Below, piece by piece: positions 39,115 through 51,627 of a stretch of 64,000 bases of DNA. The translations under genes and the position numbers were made by a program. A model generated the notes under the pieces. It did not search any database and was not told where the DNA came from. It saw nothing but the letters and a program-made list of their open reading frames with translations. Numbering within the stretch: the stretch's first letter is position 1; each line of letters opens with the position of its first letter. The stretch is taken from positions 787,090,001-787,154,000 of the forward strand of contig NC_091283.1 of assembly GCF_032444005.1 (NCBI RefSeq), read 5' to 3'. Origin of the DNA: Ranitomeya imitator (taxonomy: Eukaryota).

Positions 39115-40237
39115 CAAACTGGGGGTGTGAAAATCACAAAGAACGACCAAAACTGGTTGATATTAGTAAAAATACTATTTATTTAGAACATATTAACAGT
39201 AAAAAAGAAACAAGTAATCAGACAATAATGAGACAAAAGTGGACACATGGTGCGAGACACCGCACCAAACTGTCACCATGCAAAAACATGCAGACTGTGT
39301 AACCTAGGTCCCCAGGTAACAGATGTACATATAGGGGGATAAAGCAACCAGAAAAGGGTACTGCTGTGGCAGGTGGGCAAAATGATATTAGCGTCCAGGG
39401 CGCCTCAGGGGACCAAAATAGTATCCGTCAGACTATATAATATACACCCCACTGGGAAAAAGGCCCCTACCTAAACATCAAGATCCAAAGCATCAAAGAT
39501 CCAAAGCGACCAATTACCTAACAAACAACAAAAGTGCTGTACAGAAGAGTATTACCTCCTATGGAAGACCCTCGGTGCAGCCCGGTTATCAGTCGGCACG
39601 TCACCCGACGCGCATTTCGGAGAACCAACTCCTTCGTCACGGGGGTCACGCCGACAAAGTCGGTGACGTGCCGACTGGTAACCGGGCTGCACCGAGGGTC
39701 TTCCATAGGAGGTAATACTCTTCTGTACAGCGCTTTTGCTGTTTGTCATTTTGTTAGGTAATTGGTCGCTTTGGATCTTTTGCCTCTTATGGCGGCAGTG
39801 TCAGGAAGGTCCACAATATACCTGTGCACCCCTATTTTGGCTGACTATGTGCGGTCCTTGGCGTTTGTGTCGATGTTTAGGTAGGGGCCTTTTTCCCAGT
39901 GGGGTATATATTATATAGTCTGACGGATACTATTTTGGTCCCCTGAGGCGCCCTGGACGCTAATATCATTTTGCCCACCTGCCACAGCAGTACCCTTTTC
40001 TGGTTGCTTTATCCCCCTATATGTACATCTGTTACCTGGGGACCTAGGTTACACAGTCTGCATGTTTTTGCATGGTGACAGTTTGGTGCGGTGTCTCGCA
40101 CCATGTGTCCACTTTTGTCTCATTATTGTCTGATTACTTGTTTCTTTTTTACTGTTAATATGTTCTAAATAATGAGTATTTTTACTAATATCAAGCAGTT
40201 TTGGTTGTTCTTTGTGATTTTTCACCCCCCCAGTTTG
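39115..40237. mobile_element. Head-to-head inverted duplication of a Penelope-like or retrozyme-like non-coding unit
   Basis: Near-identical inverted arms (39115-39609, 39659-40237) around a spacer of about 49 bp that holds a hammerhead-like core. AATAAA lies near the outer end of the left arm on the minus strand. Confidence 0.7.
39592..39655 (-). ncRNA. Degenerate type I minimal hammerhead ribozyme motif
   Basis: Minus strand: GTCGGC-GTGACCCCC-GTGACGA-A-GGAG(TTGGTT)CTCC-GAAA-TGCGC-GTC-GGGTGACGTGCCGAC. Stem II, GAAA, the GUC triplet and an extended stem I are present. C3 is G and stem III carries one CpG-to-TpG change. Confidence 0.6.
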
Positions 40238-40420
40238 TTGTTTCTTTACGACTTGGTGTATCATGAATCCGACATAGGCGCAACATTTTGATTTTGCATT
40301 GCTGAGTATTGCATGATGTTGCTGTATAATACCTATTTTGCAGTCTAAAAGTCAGCAGATTGCCCTTTTTATGTGGTCCATTCATCAATATGTGCAAAAC
40401 TGTATACAGTTATTTACCTA

Positions 40421-41616
40421 CCGTATATACTCGAGTATAAGCCGAGATTTTCAGCCCATTTTTTTGGGCTGAAAGTCCCCCTCTCGGCTTATACTCGAGT
40501 CATATACCCGGGTGTCAGCAGGGGAGGGGGAGCGGGGGCTGTGTAATCATACTTACCTGCTCCCAGCGCGGTCCCTGCAGTCCCTGGCTTCTCCGGCGCT
40601 GCAGATTCTTCCTGTACTGAGCGGTCACATGGCACCGCTCATTACAGAAATGAATAGGCAGCTCCACCCCCATAGGGGAGGAGCCGCATATTCATTGCTG
40701 TAAATGATCGGTGCCATGTGACCGCTCAATTACAGGAAGAAGCCGCAGCGCCGGGGAAGCCAGGGACTGCAGGGACCGCGCTGGGAACAGGTAAGGGGAG
40801 CGCAGCGCTATAATTACCTGCTCCTCGCTCCGGCTCCGTCTGCAGCGTCCTCTAGCAGTGACGCTCAGGTTAGAGGGCGCTGTGACGTAGTCAGTGCGCG
40901 CCCTCTGCTGAGCGTCAGTGCTGGAGACGGAGCCGCACGAGGAGCAGGTAATTATTGAAAGCGCCGGCGTCCTGAGCAAGAGAGGTGAGTATGTGATTTT
41001 TTTTTTTTTTTTTATGGCAGCACCAGCAGCATTCTAAGGAGTACCTATGGGGCCATGAAGGTGCAGAGCATATAAGGGGCACAGCATTATAAGGAGCATC
41101 TATGGGGCCATAAAGGTGCAGAGCATATAAGGGGCACAGCATTATAAGGAGCACCTATGGGGCCATAATCAAAGGTGCAGAGCATATAAGGGGCACAGCA
41201 TTATAAGGAGCACCTATGGGGCCATAAAGGTGCAGAGCATATATGGGGCAGCATTCTAAGGAGCATCTATGGGGCCATAATCAAAGGTGCAGAGCATATA
41301 TGGCACAGCATTATAAGGAGCATCTATGGGGCCATAATCAAAGGTGCAGAGCATATATGGCACAGCATTATAAGGAGCACCTATGGGGCCATAATCAACG
41401 GTGCAGAGCATTGTATATAGCACAGTTGTATATGGAGCATCTATGGGGCAATAATGAACGGTATGGAGCATCTATTTTTATTTTTGAAATTCACCGGTAG
41501 CTGCTGCATTTTCTACCCTAGGCTTATACTCGAGTCAATAAGTTTTCCCAGTTTTTTTGTGGCAAAATTAGGGGGTCGGCTTATACTCGGGTCGGCTTAT
41601 ACTCGAGTATATACGG
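40421..41616 (-). mobile_element. Tc2-like non-autonomous element, related to 8610-10507, inverted
   Basis: Same TIR, TA TSD (40419-40420, 41617-41618) and an internal minisatellite of about 50 bp at about 41040-41470. Confidence 0.9.
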
Positions 41617-42946
41617 TATTACATATCAAAGAGAGAGAACATTTACTAGAAATTACGCAACCACCAATCCATTGAGTAATGAGGTTACAGTACTTTAAGA
41701 GGTTAAAGGGGCTTTAGAACTATCAATAGGCAAAAGTCCCACCATACGTTGGACATTTATGACCTATATAGAGGATAGCTGTAAAGGTTTCAGTTGGAAA
41801 GTACAATAAAAGACAAATATGATATAAATATCCAATAGATGCAGGTCTCACCACTGATGTTGAGAATAGGGTTCCCATGACCCCAATCACACCTGGTTGA
41901 GGGGGTCAAGAATACATCCCATTTGCCCTTATTTCTCCATTCCCATCTAAAGGAGATCTATGGGTTATATAGAGACACCCACTATGTTTGGGACCCCTGC
42001 ACACTATAAAGCTAAGCCCCCACAGAACAATAAATAATGCATTCTGCTCTTTACACCGGTCAAAACTCTGTGTAAAGAATTCATAGTTATTTGTATATAT
42101 GAGTACAACTGTCTGCAAAGTGAATGCAAAAGATTTATTATCATCCACAATGTGACATGGTGGCGACGTGCCACTGCAGCTGCTTTTTATAAAACCAATG
42201 TAAAATATAGTCAAAAAGGCGCTTGCGTGAATAGAAGCATTGTTGTATCTAAGAGCTGTGAAAAGGCCCACAATACTGGAGCTGAGCAGAAAATTAATGA
42301 CTTACTGCTAAAATTATAAAAATGTGCTTGTGGTCAGTGCAAATGCTGAATATGTTGTTTTTAAATATATGGAATAAGATGGTACTTGTTGCAAGCAGTC
42401 ACTCAGCACTTTCCTAATTAAAATGACTGTACAGTACTCAACCGAGCCAGCTCCAAGTATTCATCTGCTCAAGTGTGTCACGGAGTGGTATTCAGACAAA
42501 TGTCCTTTTGAGACACTTTCATTGAGTAAGCTTCAATAAAGCCCTATAAACCTTCACTAGTGACCTTGTATTAACAGTCTCAAAGGTTTATTCTATATGA
42601 TCCAAAAAACTTCAGAAACTCGCAGAGCATATGTCTTAGAAGCTGTGTACCAAGGGATGCAAAAAAAGCCACCAGACTTGTCTAGGGTATTTTCAAAGAA
42701 AATTATGGGAGAAGCCCTAAATAAATGTAAGCCTACCTAGCACACAGAGCCGTGACTGTCCCAAAATAACGTGAGCACACTGCTTTTCTGTTTATAGTCA
42801 TGACAATCAACACGTGACTGTTCTTCATGTCTCGGAACTCTAAGCTAAACATTACTTAATTTACATTGCATCTATCTTATTTCTCACCCATAATAAACCA
42901 TTATAATGTCGGAAGCATAATTAAGGAAGTACTTGTCCAGGCACAT

Positions 42947-43118
42947 CAAATTTTTCCTGGAAAGCATATCCATGAAACTTTTCCTGGAGCATGGTCTAGA
43001 ATCTCACTTTTCCCATAGAACAGTCTAGAATCAAACTTTCCCTGAAGCATAGTCTGTAATCAAACTCTTCCTGGACAATAGTCTAGAATAAAAGTTTTCT
43101 TTAACCATAGTCTAGAAC
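42947..43118. repeat. Degenerate tandem repeat, about 29 bp x6
   Basis: Units resemble AAACTTTTCCTGGAGCATAGTCTAGAATC. Confidence 0.7.
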
Positions 43119-43175
43119 ATTTCATTCAGACCACAAGAAGCAGCTTAGGTTTAAACAGGAGCTGTCACCGTTTAA

Positions 43176-43731
43176 AGAAAACCCATCAACGTTTTATACA
43201 CGTAATCTATTGCAATCATATTATATAGCACCGTGTACTTACAATTGCTCATTTTGCCCTTTTACCCAGTTAATTCTTCTCTTTTCTATTAGGTCTATGA
43301 CATCATGTGATGAAATATAGACAAGCTGAATCCTTCTAAGCTCTATGTAGAGACAAGAAATCTCTTTTACCTGTATGAGTCATAATTAGAGCTACAACTA
43401 TATATCCTTGCAAAGTCCCTGGAAGGGGGGTGGAACAGTTGGGTCAGGAGTTGAAGAAGAGGTGGAGCTCTGCTGCTAGGGACTTTGCATTGATGTACGA
43501 TTGTAGTTCTAATGATGACTCATGTAAGGAAAATAGACTTCCTGTTTCTACATAAAACCTAGAAGGATTACGTAAATTAGTCTTTTTTTTAAAACATGAT
43601 ATCATAGACCTAATGGAAAAGAGAAGAATTAACTGGTTAGAACAGCAAAATTAGTACTTTAGTACACTGGGCTATATAATATGATGACTGCAATATATTA
43701 AGTGGATAAAAAATTTGATGGGAGTGCTTCT
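43176..43731. mobile_element. Old Kolobok/T2-type MITE (556 bp)
   Basis: TTAA|AGAAAACCCATCAA...TTGATGGGAGTGCTTCT|TTAA with long degenerate inverted arms. Confidence 0.7.
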
Positions 43732-44690
43732 TTAAATACTTATATTCCCAATGGAGGAAAAATTCACTTTTTCCGTAAGTTTTGTGCTTTATGGGTCCTC
43801 TGTTCTTCCGGTTTGACACTTGATTTTAATAGATTGACAACTAGGAGTTACAATTCCAATTGTCAAATGGGTATATCTAGACACAGTCAGCACTGAATGG
43901 ATAATGTCAGAATGTGCAGAAACACTCTACCAAAAATTAACACCCAGGTTTGATTTTTTTCATAAACTTCTAAGAGGAATACGAGAAGAACAGCACAATA
44001 TTGATGTCTATGAGAAAATGCTCCAATATTGGTATAGTATAGAGGATACTCATTATTTGTTATACAGACATGTCAAGAACGCTGACAGATCCTCTTATAA
44101 AAAGACAATTACCTGGCCTTGTGCCATGAGGAGTATTTGTTCATATAAACTGCCAAGAATTGTATTTACATTATTGATGCAGTTGCAATACTGGGAATAC
44201 ATTTCATACAGTGGTATCAGACCTGAATTTGTCAATTAACGTTTTAAGGATTCATTATTTGTTCTTCCTACTACAATAATGTAATAGTTTTATCTGCAGT
44301 CCAATGCAAATGTTGATATGATACATTATGCCAAGCAATAAACTCAGCTCTTCCACATCCGATAACCATAGCGCCACTCGTAGAGCTGTACATTATTTTG
44401 CATTGATGCACTACTCCATACATTAAGATAAAATAACTTTCTAAACTAACAACAAGTTAACTTTTAGAGTTAGAGAGGTCGTGTTTGACACTGTATCAGT
44501 TCCATTCATTTCGGAAAGCGCCTCAGTGGCAGCATCATTGCAAGTATGTTCCATAATTGATCATTAGATTGTGACACTTGCAAATCCACATAGATGTCAT
44601 AACAACGTGATACAACAGACTAAGGCATTAGCGAAGCTGATTAAGAGGAAATGCAAAAAAAGATGATGGAAATAATAAAATGTATAGAGA

Positions 44691-45148
<458 letters not shown>

Positions 45149-45412
45149 CTACTAAAGTTATTGGTGATTCCACCTTCTTCAATTTCACTAGATGGTACCT
45201 ATCAACAGGACCCTTTTTCTTCTTTCCTAATCCTAAAATATCTAAAGTTTAGAATTTTAGTTTTTGGATACTTGTTTGTGGAATATCAGTTTTGCCTATA
45301 CGTTATTTGGATTCAGCAGTAAATCTCATGACTTTATACATTTCTGCCTTCTCAAAATAAATTTCTAATATTATATATGTTGGCCATGTAAAATCTGAAG
45401 TTTGCTAACATA

Positions 45413-46110
45413 CAGTGGAATGTAAAAGTTTGCGCACCCCTGGTCAAAATTACTGTTATAGTGAATAGTATTGTGAATAAAATGATCTCTAAAAGGCCTA
45501 AAGTTAAAGATGACACATTTCCTTTGTATTGTAGGCAAAAAAAATATATATTGTCGTTATTTACATTTTAAAAATTACAAAAAGGAATATGGGCTGATAA
45601 AAAAAAGTTTGGGCCCCCTTGGAGATCTGAGTATTCAGATAACTTTGACCAAGGTTTCAGACCTTAATTAGCTTGTTAGGATTATGGCTTGTTCACCATC
45701 ATTGTTAGGAAAGGTCAGGTGATGCAAATTTCCCAGCTTTATAAAAACTCAGCCTCCTCTAACCTTGTGCCAAAAAATAGCTGCCTAGCACTCTGAAAAT
45801 GAAAATGGTGGAGGTCCACAAAGCAGGAGAAGTTTATAAGAAGATAGCAAAGCGTTTTCAAGTTGCCCTTTCCTCAGTTCAAAATGTAATTAATAAATGG
45901 CAGTTAATAGGAACACTGGCGGTCAAGATAAGGTTTAGAATACCAAGCAAAATTTCAATGAGAGCTGTTCGTAGTATTGCTAGAGAGGCAAATTAGAACC
46001 CCTACTTGACTGCAAAAGACCTTCTGAAAGATTTAGCAGACTTTGCAGTTGTGGTACACCTGCACAAATATGGCTTCCATGAAAGTCATCAGATCAAAAT
46101 CTCTCCTGCT
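45413..46110 (+). mobile_element. Truncated, degenerate Tc1 element upstream of TMEM26
   Basis: TA|CAGTGGAATGTAAAAGTTTG. ORF 45799-45996 (HKAGEVYKKIAKRFQVALSSVQNVINKWQ) is Tc1 HTH-like. Confidence 0.8.
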
Positions 46111-46383
46111 TTTTTGTGTGAAGATAAAAGGGCACAGAATTTCAGAAAAAGAATATATTTAAGTGGAATTGAATTCTAGATGAGTATGAAAAAATTCCAC
46201 ATTCACCAGTGTCAGGGAACCAGCAGGAGATCACACAGATGTATCATGCAGCCTCCAATTTGGCACGAACCAGCAATCCCCTGCCAATCCAAGCTCTCGC
46301 CACTAGGCAGGTTATTGTGCACTTCCCAGCGAATGTATGGTATAGCATATCCACATTCGATTCTAAAGCATGGAATATATATA

Positions 46384-46415
<32 letters not shown>

Positions 46416-46419
<4 letters not shown>

Positions 46420-47358
46420 ACGATTCACATCGTCCTGACACTACTATGTCACGGATCGGGGTGACCTTTGGCCAGCATCCGGCTTTCACATGTGCAGGGG
46501 GGCTTATCTTAGTTATTCCTTCACTGCTACAATGTGATGAAAACACAAACAAAGGCTATTGACCTATCAATTTACCGCAGGGGCTTATTTTAGTTATCCC
46601 CCTGCTGCTACAATATCACGAACTGCAGGGATTTATGTATATCCCGCTTTCCAGTTCCGCTTTGGAACTCGCAGCTCTCTGGTGCCCCCCTGTACCCTCA
46701 GGTCAGTCAGGGAACTGCACCTGGGATAATTAGTTGCCGGGCGGGCCGCTTTACTGTGGATTGACTAGCAGGCACACTGCAGCGAGGGAATTATAAATGC
46801 TCAGGCCGCAGCCAGACAATAAATTATAAAACCCCCATTCCGTCACTGACAGCTCATCTGACTAGCCCAGAACACATTTCGCTGCCACCAGCTCATATTT
46901 CTCACAGTGAGGGGTTCGGGCCAACCCAAATTAGGAGCGTAATTACTTCAGAAGACTTAGGGAACTTTTTAGAGCAGGAGAACAAAGCTAGTATTTTATA
47001 TATTTTACTCCATAAAAGATTAGGCTTTAATTAGGCTGGGTTAAGTGCGGTCACTTATACCTGCAGGCTTGTGACATCACTAAAGGGCTGGTTAATGATA
47101 TTCACTGATCTCAGAGATATTTACGTTTCTAGACTCTTGAGACAAAAGAAATTCCTGAGTGAGAAGGGAGGGACAACAGGTGGCTTTGCAGGATTGGTCA
47201 CCTGCAGTTTAAAGCTACACCCTGCTCACCCACTAGCTTCAAGTTACCCAGAGTCTCGGCCATACGGCTTGTTTGTTGTATTCAGGGGGGAGAGAGAGAG
47301 AGGGGGTCAAAGCTGCCATGTACTTTCAGGACCATGGTCACATGTGCAAAAATCCCTC
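46416..47358 (-). repeat. 3' LTR, lacking about 27 nt at its 5' end where it is fused to RT
   Basis: Similarity to the 5' LTR stops at AAAATCCCTC (47358), directly against RT coding sequence. Confidence 0.85.
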
Positions 47359-48200
47359 CTGCGCCTCGGGGCTCAGGGGAATCTGCCAGTATCCTCGACT
47401 TAGATCCATTATGGTCAGATATTTTGCACCAGCTAACCTCTCAAGCAGCTCCTTGATGTGCGGCATTGGGTGGGCGTCAGAGGCTGTGAGGAAGTTGAGC
47501 CCCCTGTAGTCCACGCAGAATTGGGTGATCCTTCTTTGGCACGAGGACTACAGATGAGGTCCACACACTCTTTGACCGTTGAATTACCCCCAGCTGTAAT
47601 ATCTCATCGATCTCCTGGCGCATAACCTGCTGCACCTGGTCAGAGATTCGATAGGATGTTCGCCGCAGTGGGGCATGATTCCCGGTGTCCACCTCGTGGA
47701 CTGCTAACTTAGTCCTTCCAAGTCGGTTGGAGAACACGGCCAGGAAGGGTTCCAGCTTGGTCTGCAACTGTGATCGCTGGGGTTCGGTTAGTGAGGCGCT
47801 TACCTCCACGTCCTCGATGGACCCACCGGCCTTAATTTGGCCCAGCATGTCCAGGAGGGTGTCTTCCTCCCCGTCTTCGGGCAGGCTGCAGACTGGCAGG
47901 ATGAAAGGTTCAGGTTCGTGATGAGCCTTCATCATGTTGATGTGGAAGGCTTTTCGCCTACCCCGAGCGTGGTCAAGCGTGACCACATACTTGACCGGGT
48001 TGAGCTGTTGGTGGACGTTGTATGGTCCTTCCCAGGCTGCCTGAAGCTTATCCTTTGGTACGGGGACCAGCACCCACACCTTTTGACCCATGTGGTAGAT
48101 CCACTTCCGGGTGTTCTGGTCAGCCTAAGCCCGCGTCATCTTGTCATGCACCAATTGCGTCAAGGTCTGCATCTTGTCACAGAAGCACATGGCATACTCC
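47359..48200 (-). pseudogene. pol fragment: integrase C-terminus (GPY) followed by truncated reverse transcriptase
   Basis: KLQAAWEGPYNV...HINMMKA, then EIDEILQLGVIQRSKS...VVLVPKKD and, in a shifted frame, FCVDYRGLN...MDLSRGYWQIPL. Confidence 0.85.
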
Positions 48201-48329
48201 ACTATGGCACATTTACATCATTCCCAGCATCATACCTAGGTAAAAAATGGTTAACAGATGCATCAATACTAGATAAAGCATGGTCAGGTAACACATAAGC
48301 GATTTCCCATCATCATCATCATCATGGTT

Positions 48330-51013
48330 AACGTTACCCTTATTAGCAGATTGGGGAGGGGTGTCAGGGACGTAGTATGCAACCATCCTCCCCAAATCAG
48401 TCCCCAACAAAACATCAGTGGGCAAGTTATCAGACAGCCCCACTTCCTTCACCCCGCTCCCGGCACCCCAATCAATATAAACCCCCGGGCCATTGGCAAG
48501 GGACAGCTGATGCCCCCAATCCCAGTGACAGTTAGGGTTTACCCGGAATGATCTCTTTAGGGGCCGCCAGTTTGGGTCGGATGAGGGTCCATTCAGCCCT
48601 GATGTCCTTGAGGCCTGTAACGACATTGGCTCCCACAGTGACGTGCTGTACGTTGTCACACACCCTCCCAGCCACCCCACCCACCAAAAGAACTGCTGCG
48701 TTAGGCCCTGGGGCCTTGGCTGGGGGGTTCTTCTGCTTGTCTGGACAGTAGGGACTGATATGACCAGTCCGTTTGCAAACAAAACACTGGCGGCCTGGTG
48801 CTGTTGGCAACAAGGACAGGGCCTCTGTTGTGTTGGCTGGCAGGGGCACTGTCATTGGTTACAGGCTTACCCCCTCTCCAGCTGGCGGTGACTGGCTTCC
48901 GCACTTCCGATTTACGGTTGGCCTCGTAGGCATCGGCAATCTGCGCTGCTTTCATCACGTCTTTGGGTTCTCGGTCCATCACGAACTGTCGCACCTCAGC
49001 TGGGCAAAGATGTAAGAACTGGTCTTTGATCATCAAGTCTCGCAGCTGTGCAAAGGTGGTCACTGACAGTCCTTGGGTCCACTGTTCAAAGTGGGTCCTG
49101 AGCCCATGCACCACATTGCTGTAACTGTCGTGTGGGCCACGTTGGAGGTTCCGGAACTTTTTACAGTAAACCTCGAGTGTAAGCTTGTACTTGGCTATCA
49201 GGGCCTGCTTGATGGCCTCATAGTCACCATCTTGTTCTTGAGGGAGGGCAACAAACGCCTCCAGAGCTTTGCCTCTCAGCCCTTGGGTCAGGTATCATGC
49301 CCATTGGTCCGTAGGCAGCTGGTACTGTCTGCAGGCTTTCTCCAAGGACTGCAGAAAAGTGTCCAAGTCCTCGTCCTTTTCCATCACAGGAAAGCGCTCT
49401 GGCCGGGGCTTCGGTGTCTGAGCGCTGTTGGGCTCATGGCTCCAGGTGGTAGAGGGTCCCTGCCAGACCATCTCCAGTTCGTGGACTAACTGGACTTGGT
49501 GCTCGGCTCTCTCAGCTTACCGCTCGGCTCGCTGGGCCGGCCTGGGCCTCTCGCTCGGCTCGGGACTCTCGCTCGGCTCGCTGGGCCTGGTGTTATGATT
49601 AGGTGGCCTTGGAGCAGCATGAAAACCTTCACTGGAGTAAGTGGTAACTATACTGACCGCAAACCCTGATCTTATCACCGCAACTAGAAGTAGCCGTGGG
49701 GTGTGCCTAACAGACAGCCGCATACGGAGCAGGACGCGGATGCGCCGCTCTAGCACCCTGGACACCACACCTTCAGCAGTTTCGGTTACCCTAAGTCTAA
49801 GGGTCCTACATCTTCTTCCTTCTACTTTGGCATCTCCTACCAAGTAACCCCATGACTAAGACCCAGGAGGGTCGAAACGTTGGGTTGTTATATCTTACTT
49901 TATCTCTACACTGCTTGTGGTTGATTTTTCTGTCTGAAACAATTTTTTTTTTTTTTTTTTTTTTTGGAATAAAAGTGTTAATACACGTCTGCAAACCAGC
50001 ATTTGAGAGTGTGCGGTGAATTTCTACTACTTAACAAAACCTAGACACCTCGACACAGCCGGAGAACTAAATATCCCTAAAGATGGAAATAGGAAAACTA
50101 TCTTGCCTCAGAGTAGACCCCCAAAGGATAGGCAGCCCCCCACAAATAATGACTGTGAGTTGGAGAGGAAAAGACACACGCAGGCAGAAAACAGGCTTAG
50201 CAAAGGAGGCACTACTAGCTAAATAGAAAAGGACAGGACAAGATACTAAGCTGTCAGCATAAAAATACTACAAAAAGATCCACAGCAGAAAATACAAAAC
50301 TCCACCACCTAACTAAAGATGTGGAGAGTATATCTGCAACTCCAGGGAATCCAACCAGACTGAGAAAACACTGACACAGTCTAAGCTGGACAAATAGAAA
50401 CAAAAGATCAGCACTGAAAATAAGCACACAGCAAGTGTGCTTCAGAAAAAGAAACAGACACTTATCTTTGCTGAACTGGCAGATAAGCAGGAGAGGCCAG
50501 GCAGAGATCCAACACTTCCAAAGAAACATTGACAACTGGCAAGGGCTAATGAATCCTGCACACTTAAATATCCCAGTCAGAACAGCAATTAGCAGATACA
50601 CCTGGCCAGGACTGTGACTCAGAGACAACTGCATTCCCACCTACAACCACTGGAGGGAACCCAAGAGCAGAATTCACAACAGCCTGGGCCTCCTGCCGGT
50701 ATTGCTGAATCAGCTGCAGATGTCCTTCACGGTTGTCAGTGGGGAGTTGTTCCAAGGCCACCAGCAGGTGGGGGTCCAATTCGCCCTGGTTGGTAGTAGG
50801 GCCGGCATTCAGTGGTTGGACCTCTGCTGCAGCACCACCTCTGCTTGGGCCGGGTTCTGCGCCCGCTGGGCTCTGGCCTTTTTCCCGTTGCACCAAAGCC
50901 GTGACCAGTTGGTCTTTGTTTTTGCCTGCAAATTCAATCTGCTGTGACATGCACAAGACCATAAGAGTGTCCTTGGACTGCTTCTTATAAAGGGTTTCTC
51001 CCAGCACAACCAT
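48330..51013 (-). pseudogene. gag-protease of the Gmr1-like element (stops, frameshifts, solo-LTR insertion)
   Basis: YEAIKQALIAKYKL...LRDLMIKDQFLHLCPAEVRQFVMDREPK (SCAN-like), CFVCKRTGHISPYC (48785-48745) and decayed GLKDIRAE in place of DTGAE. Confidence 0.8.
49591..50681. mobile_element. Solo LTR of a second retroelement inserted in gag
   Basis: TGTTATGA...TCACAACA termini; 6-bp TSD GCCTGG (49585-49590, 50682-50687); contains a Penelope-like tail at about 49714-50031. Confidence 0.85.
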
Positions 51014-51204
51014 GGTTGCCAAATAAAAGATAGGATAGAAAAACAAAGAGAAGGAAAGGGATAATTACCAGTACACACAATTGTCTCAGGACTAATAAAC
51101 ACTGAGTTCGTTCTCCAAACTTATATGCGCAGAGTCCTCGCCAGAACCTTGCAAGTTTTTAGTGAGAGGAATGATCACTCAAACCAGATCACTAAAGCTC
51201 TATG

Positions 51205-51224
51205 ATCCCACTGCTCAGCCACCA
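51205..51224 (-). other. Degenerate primer-binding site, tRNA-Leu-like
   Basis: Minus-strand TGGTGGCTGAGCAGTGGGAT, 3 nt from the LTR, compared with TGGTGGCAGCGGTGGGAT (complement of the tRNA-Leu AAG/TAG 3' end). Confidence 0.6.
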
Positions 51225-51627
51225 ATATGTCACGATTCACACCGTGCTGACACCACTATGTCACGGATCTGGGTGACCTTTGGCCAGCACCCGGCTAGCA
51301 CATGTGCAGGGAGGCTTGTCTTAGTTATCCCTCCACTGCTACAATGTGATGAAAACACAAACAAAGGCTATTGACCTATCAATTTACCGCAGGGGCTTAT
51401 TTTCGTTATCCCCATGCTGCTACAATATCATGAACTGCAGGGATTTATGTATATCCCGCTTTCCAGTTCCGCTTTGGAACTCGCAGCTCTCCGGCGCCCC
51501 CCTTACCCTCAGGTCAATCAGGGAACTGCACCTAGGATAATTAGTCGCCGGACGGGCAGCTTCACTGTGGACTGGCTAGCAGCGAAGGAGTTATAAATAC
51601 TCAGGCCGCAGCCAGACAATAGCTTAT

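Noticed and set aside
43904-44239. 111-aa plus-strand ORF antisense to TMEM26 intron 1
   Set aside because: No recognisable motif or splice support, and the length is compatible with chance.
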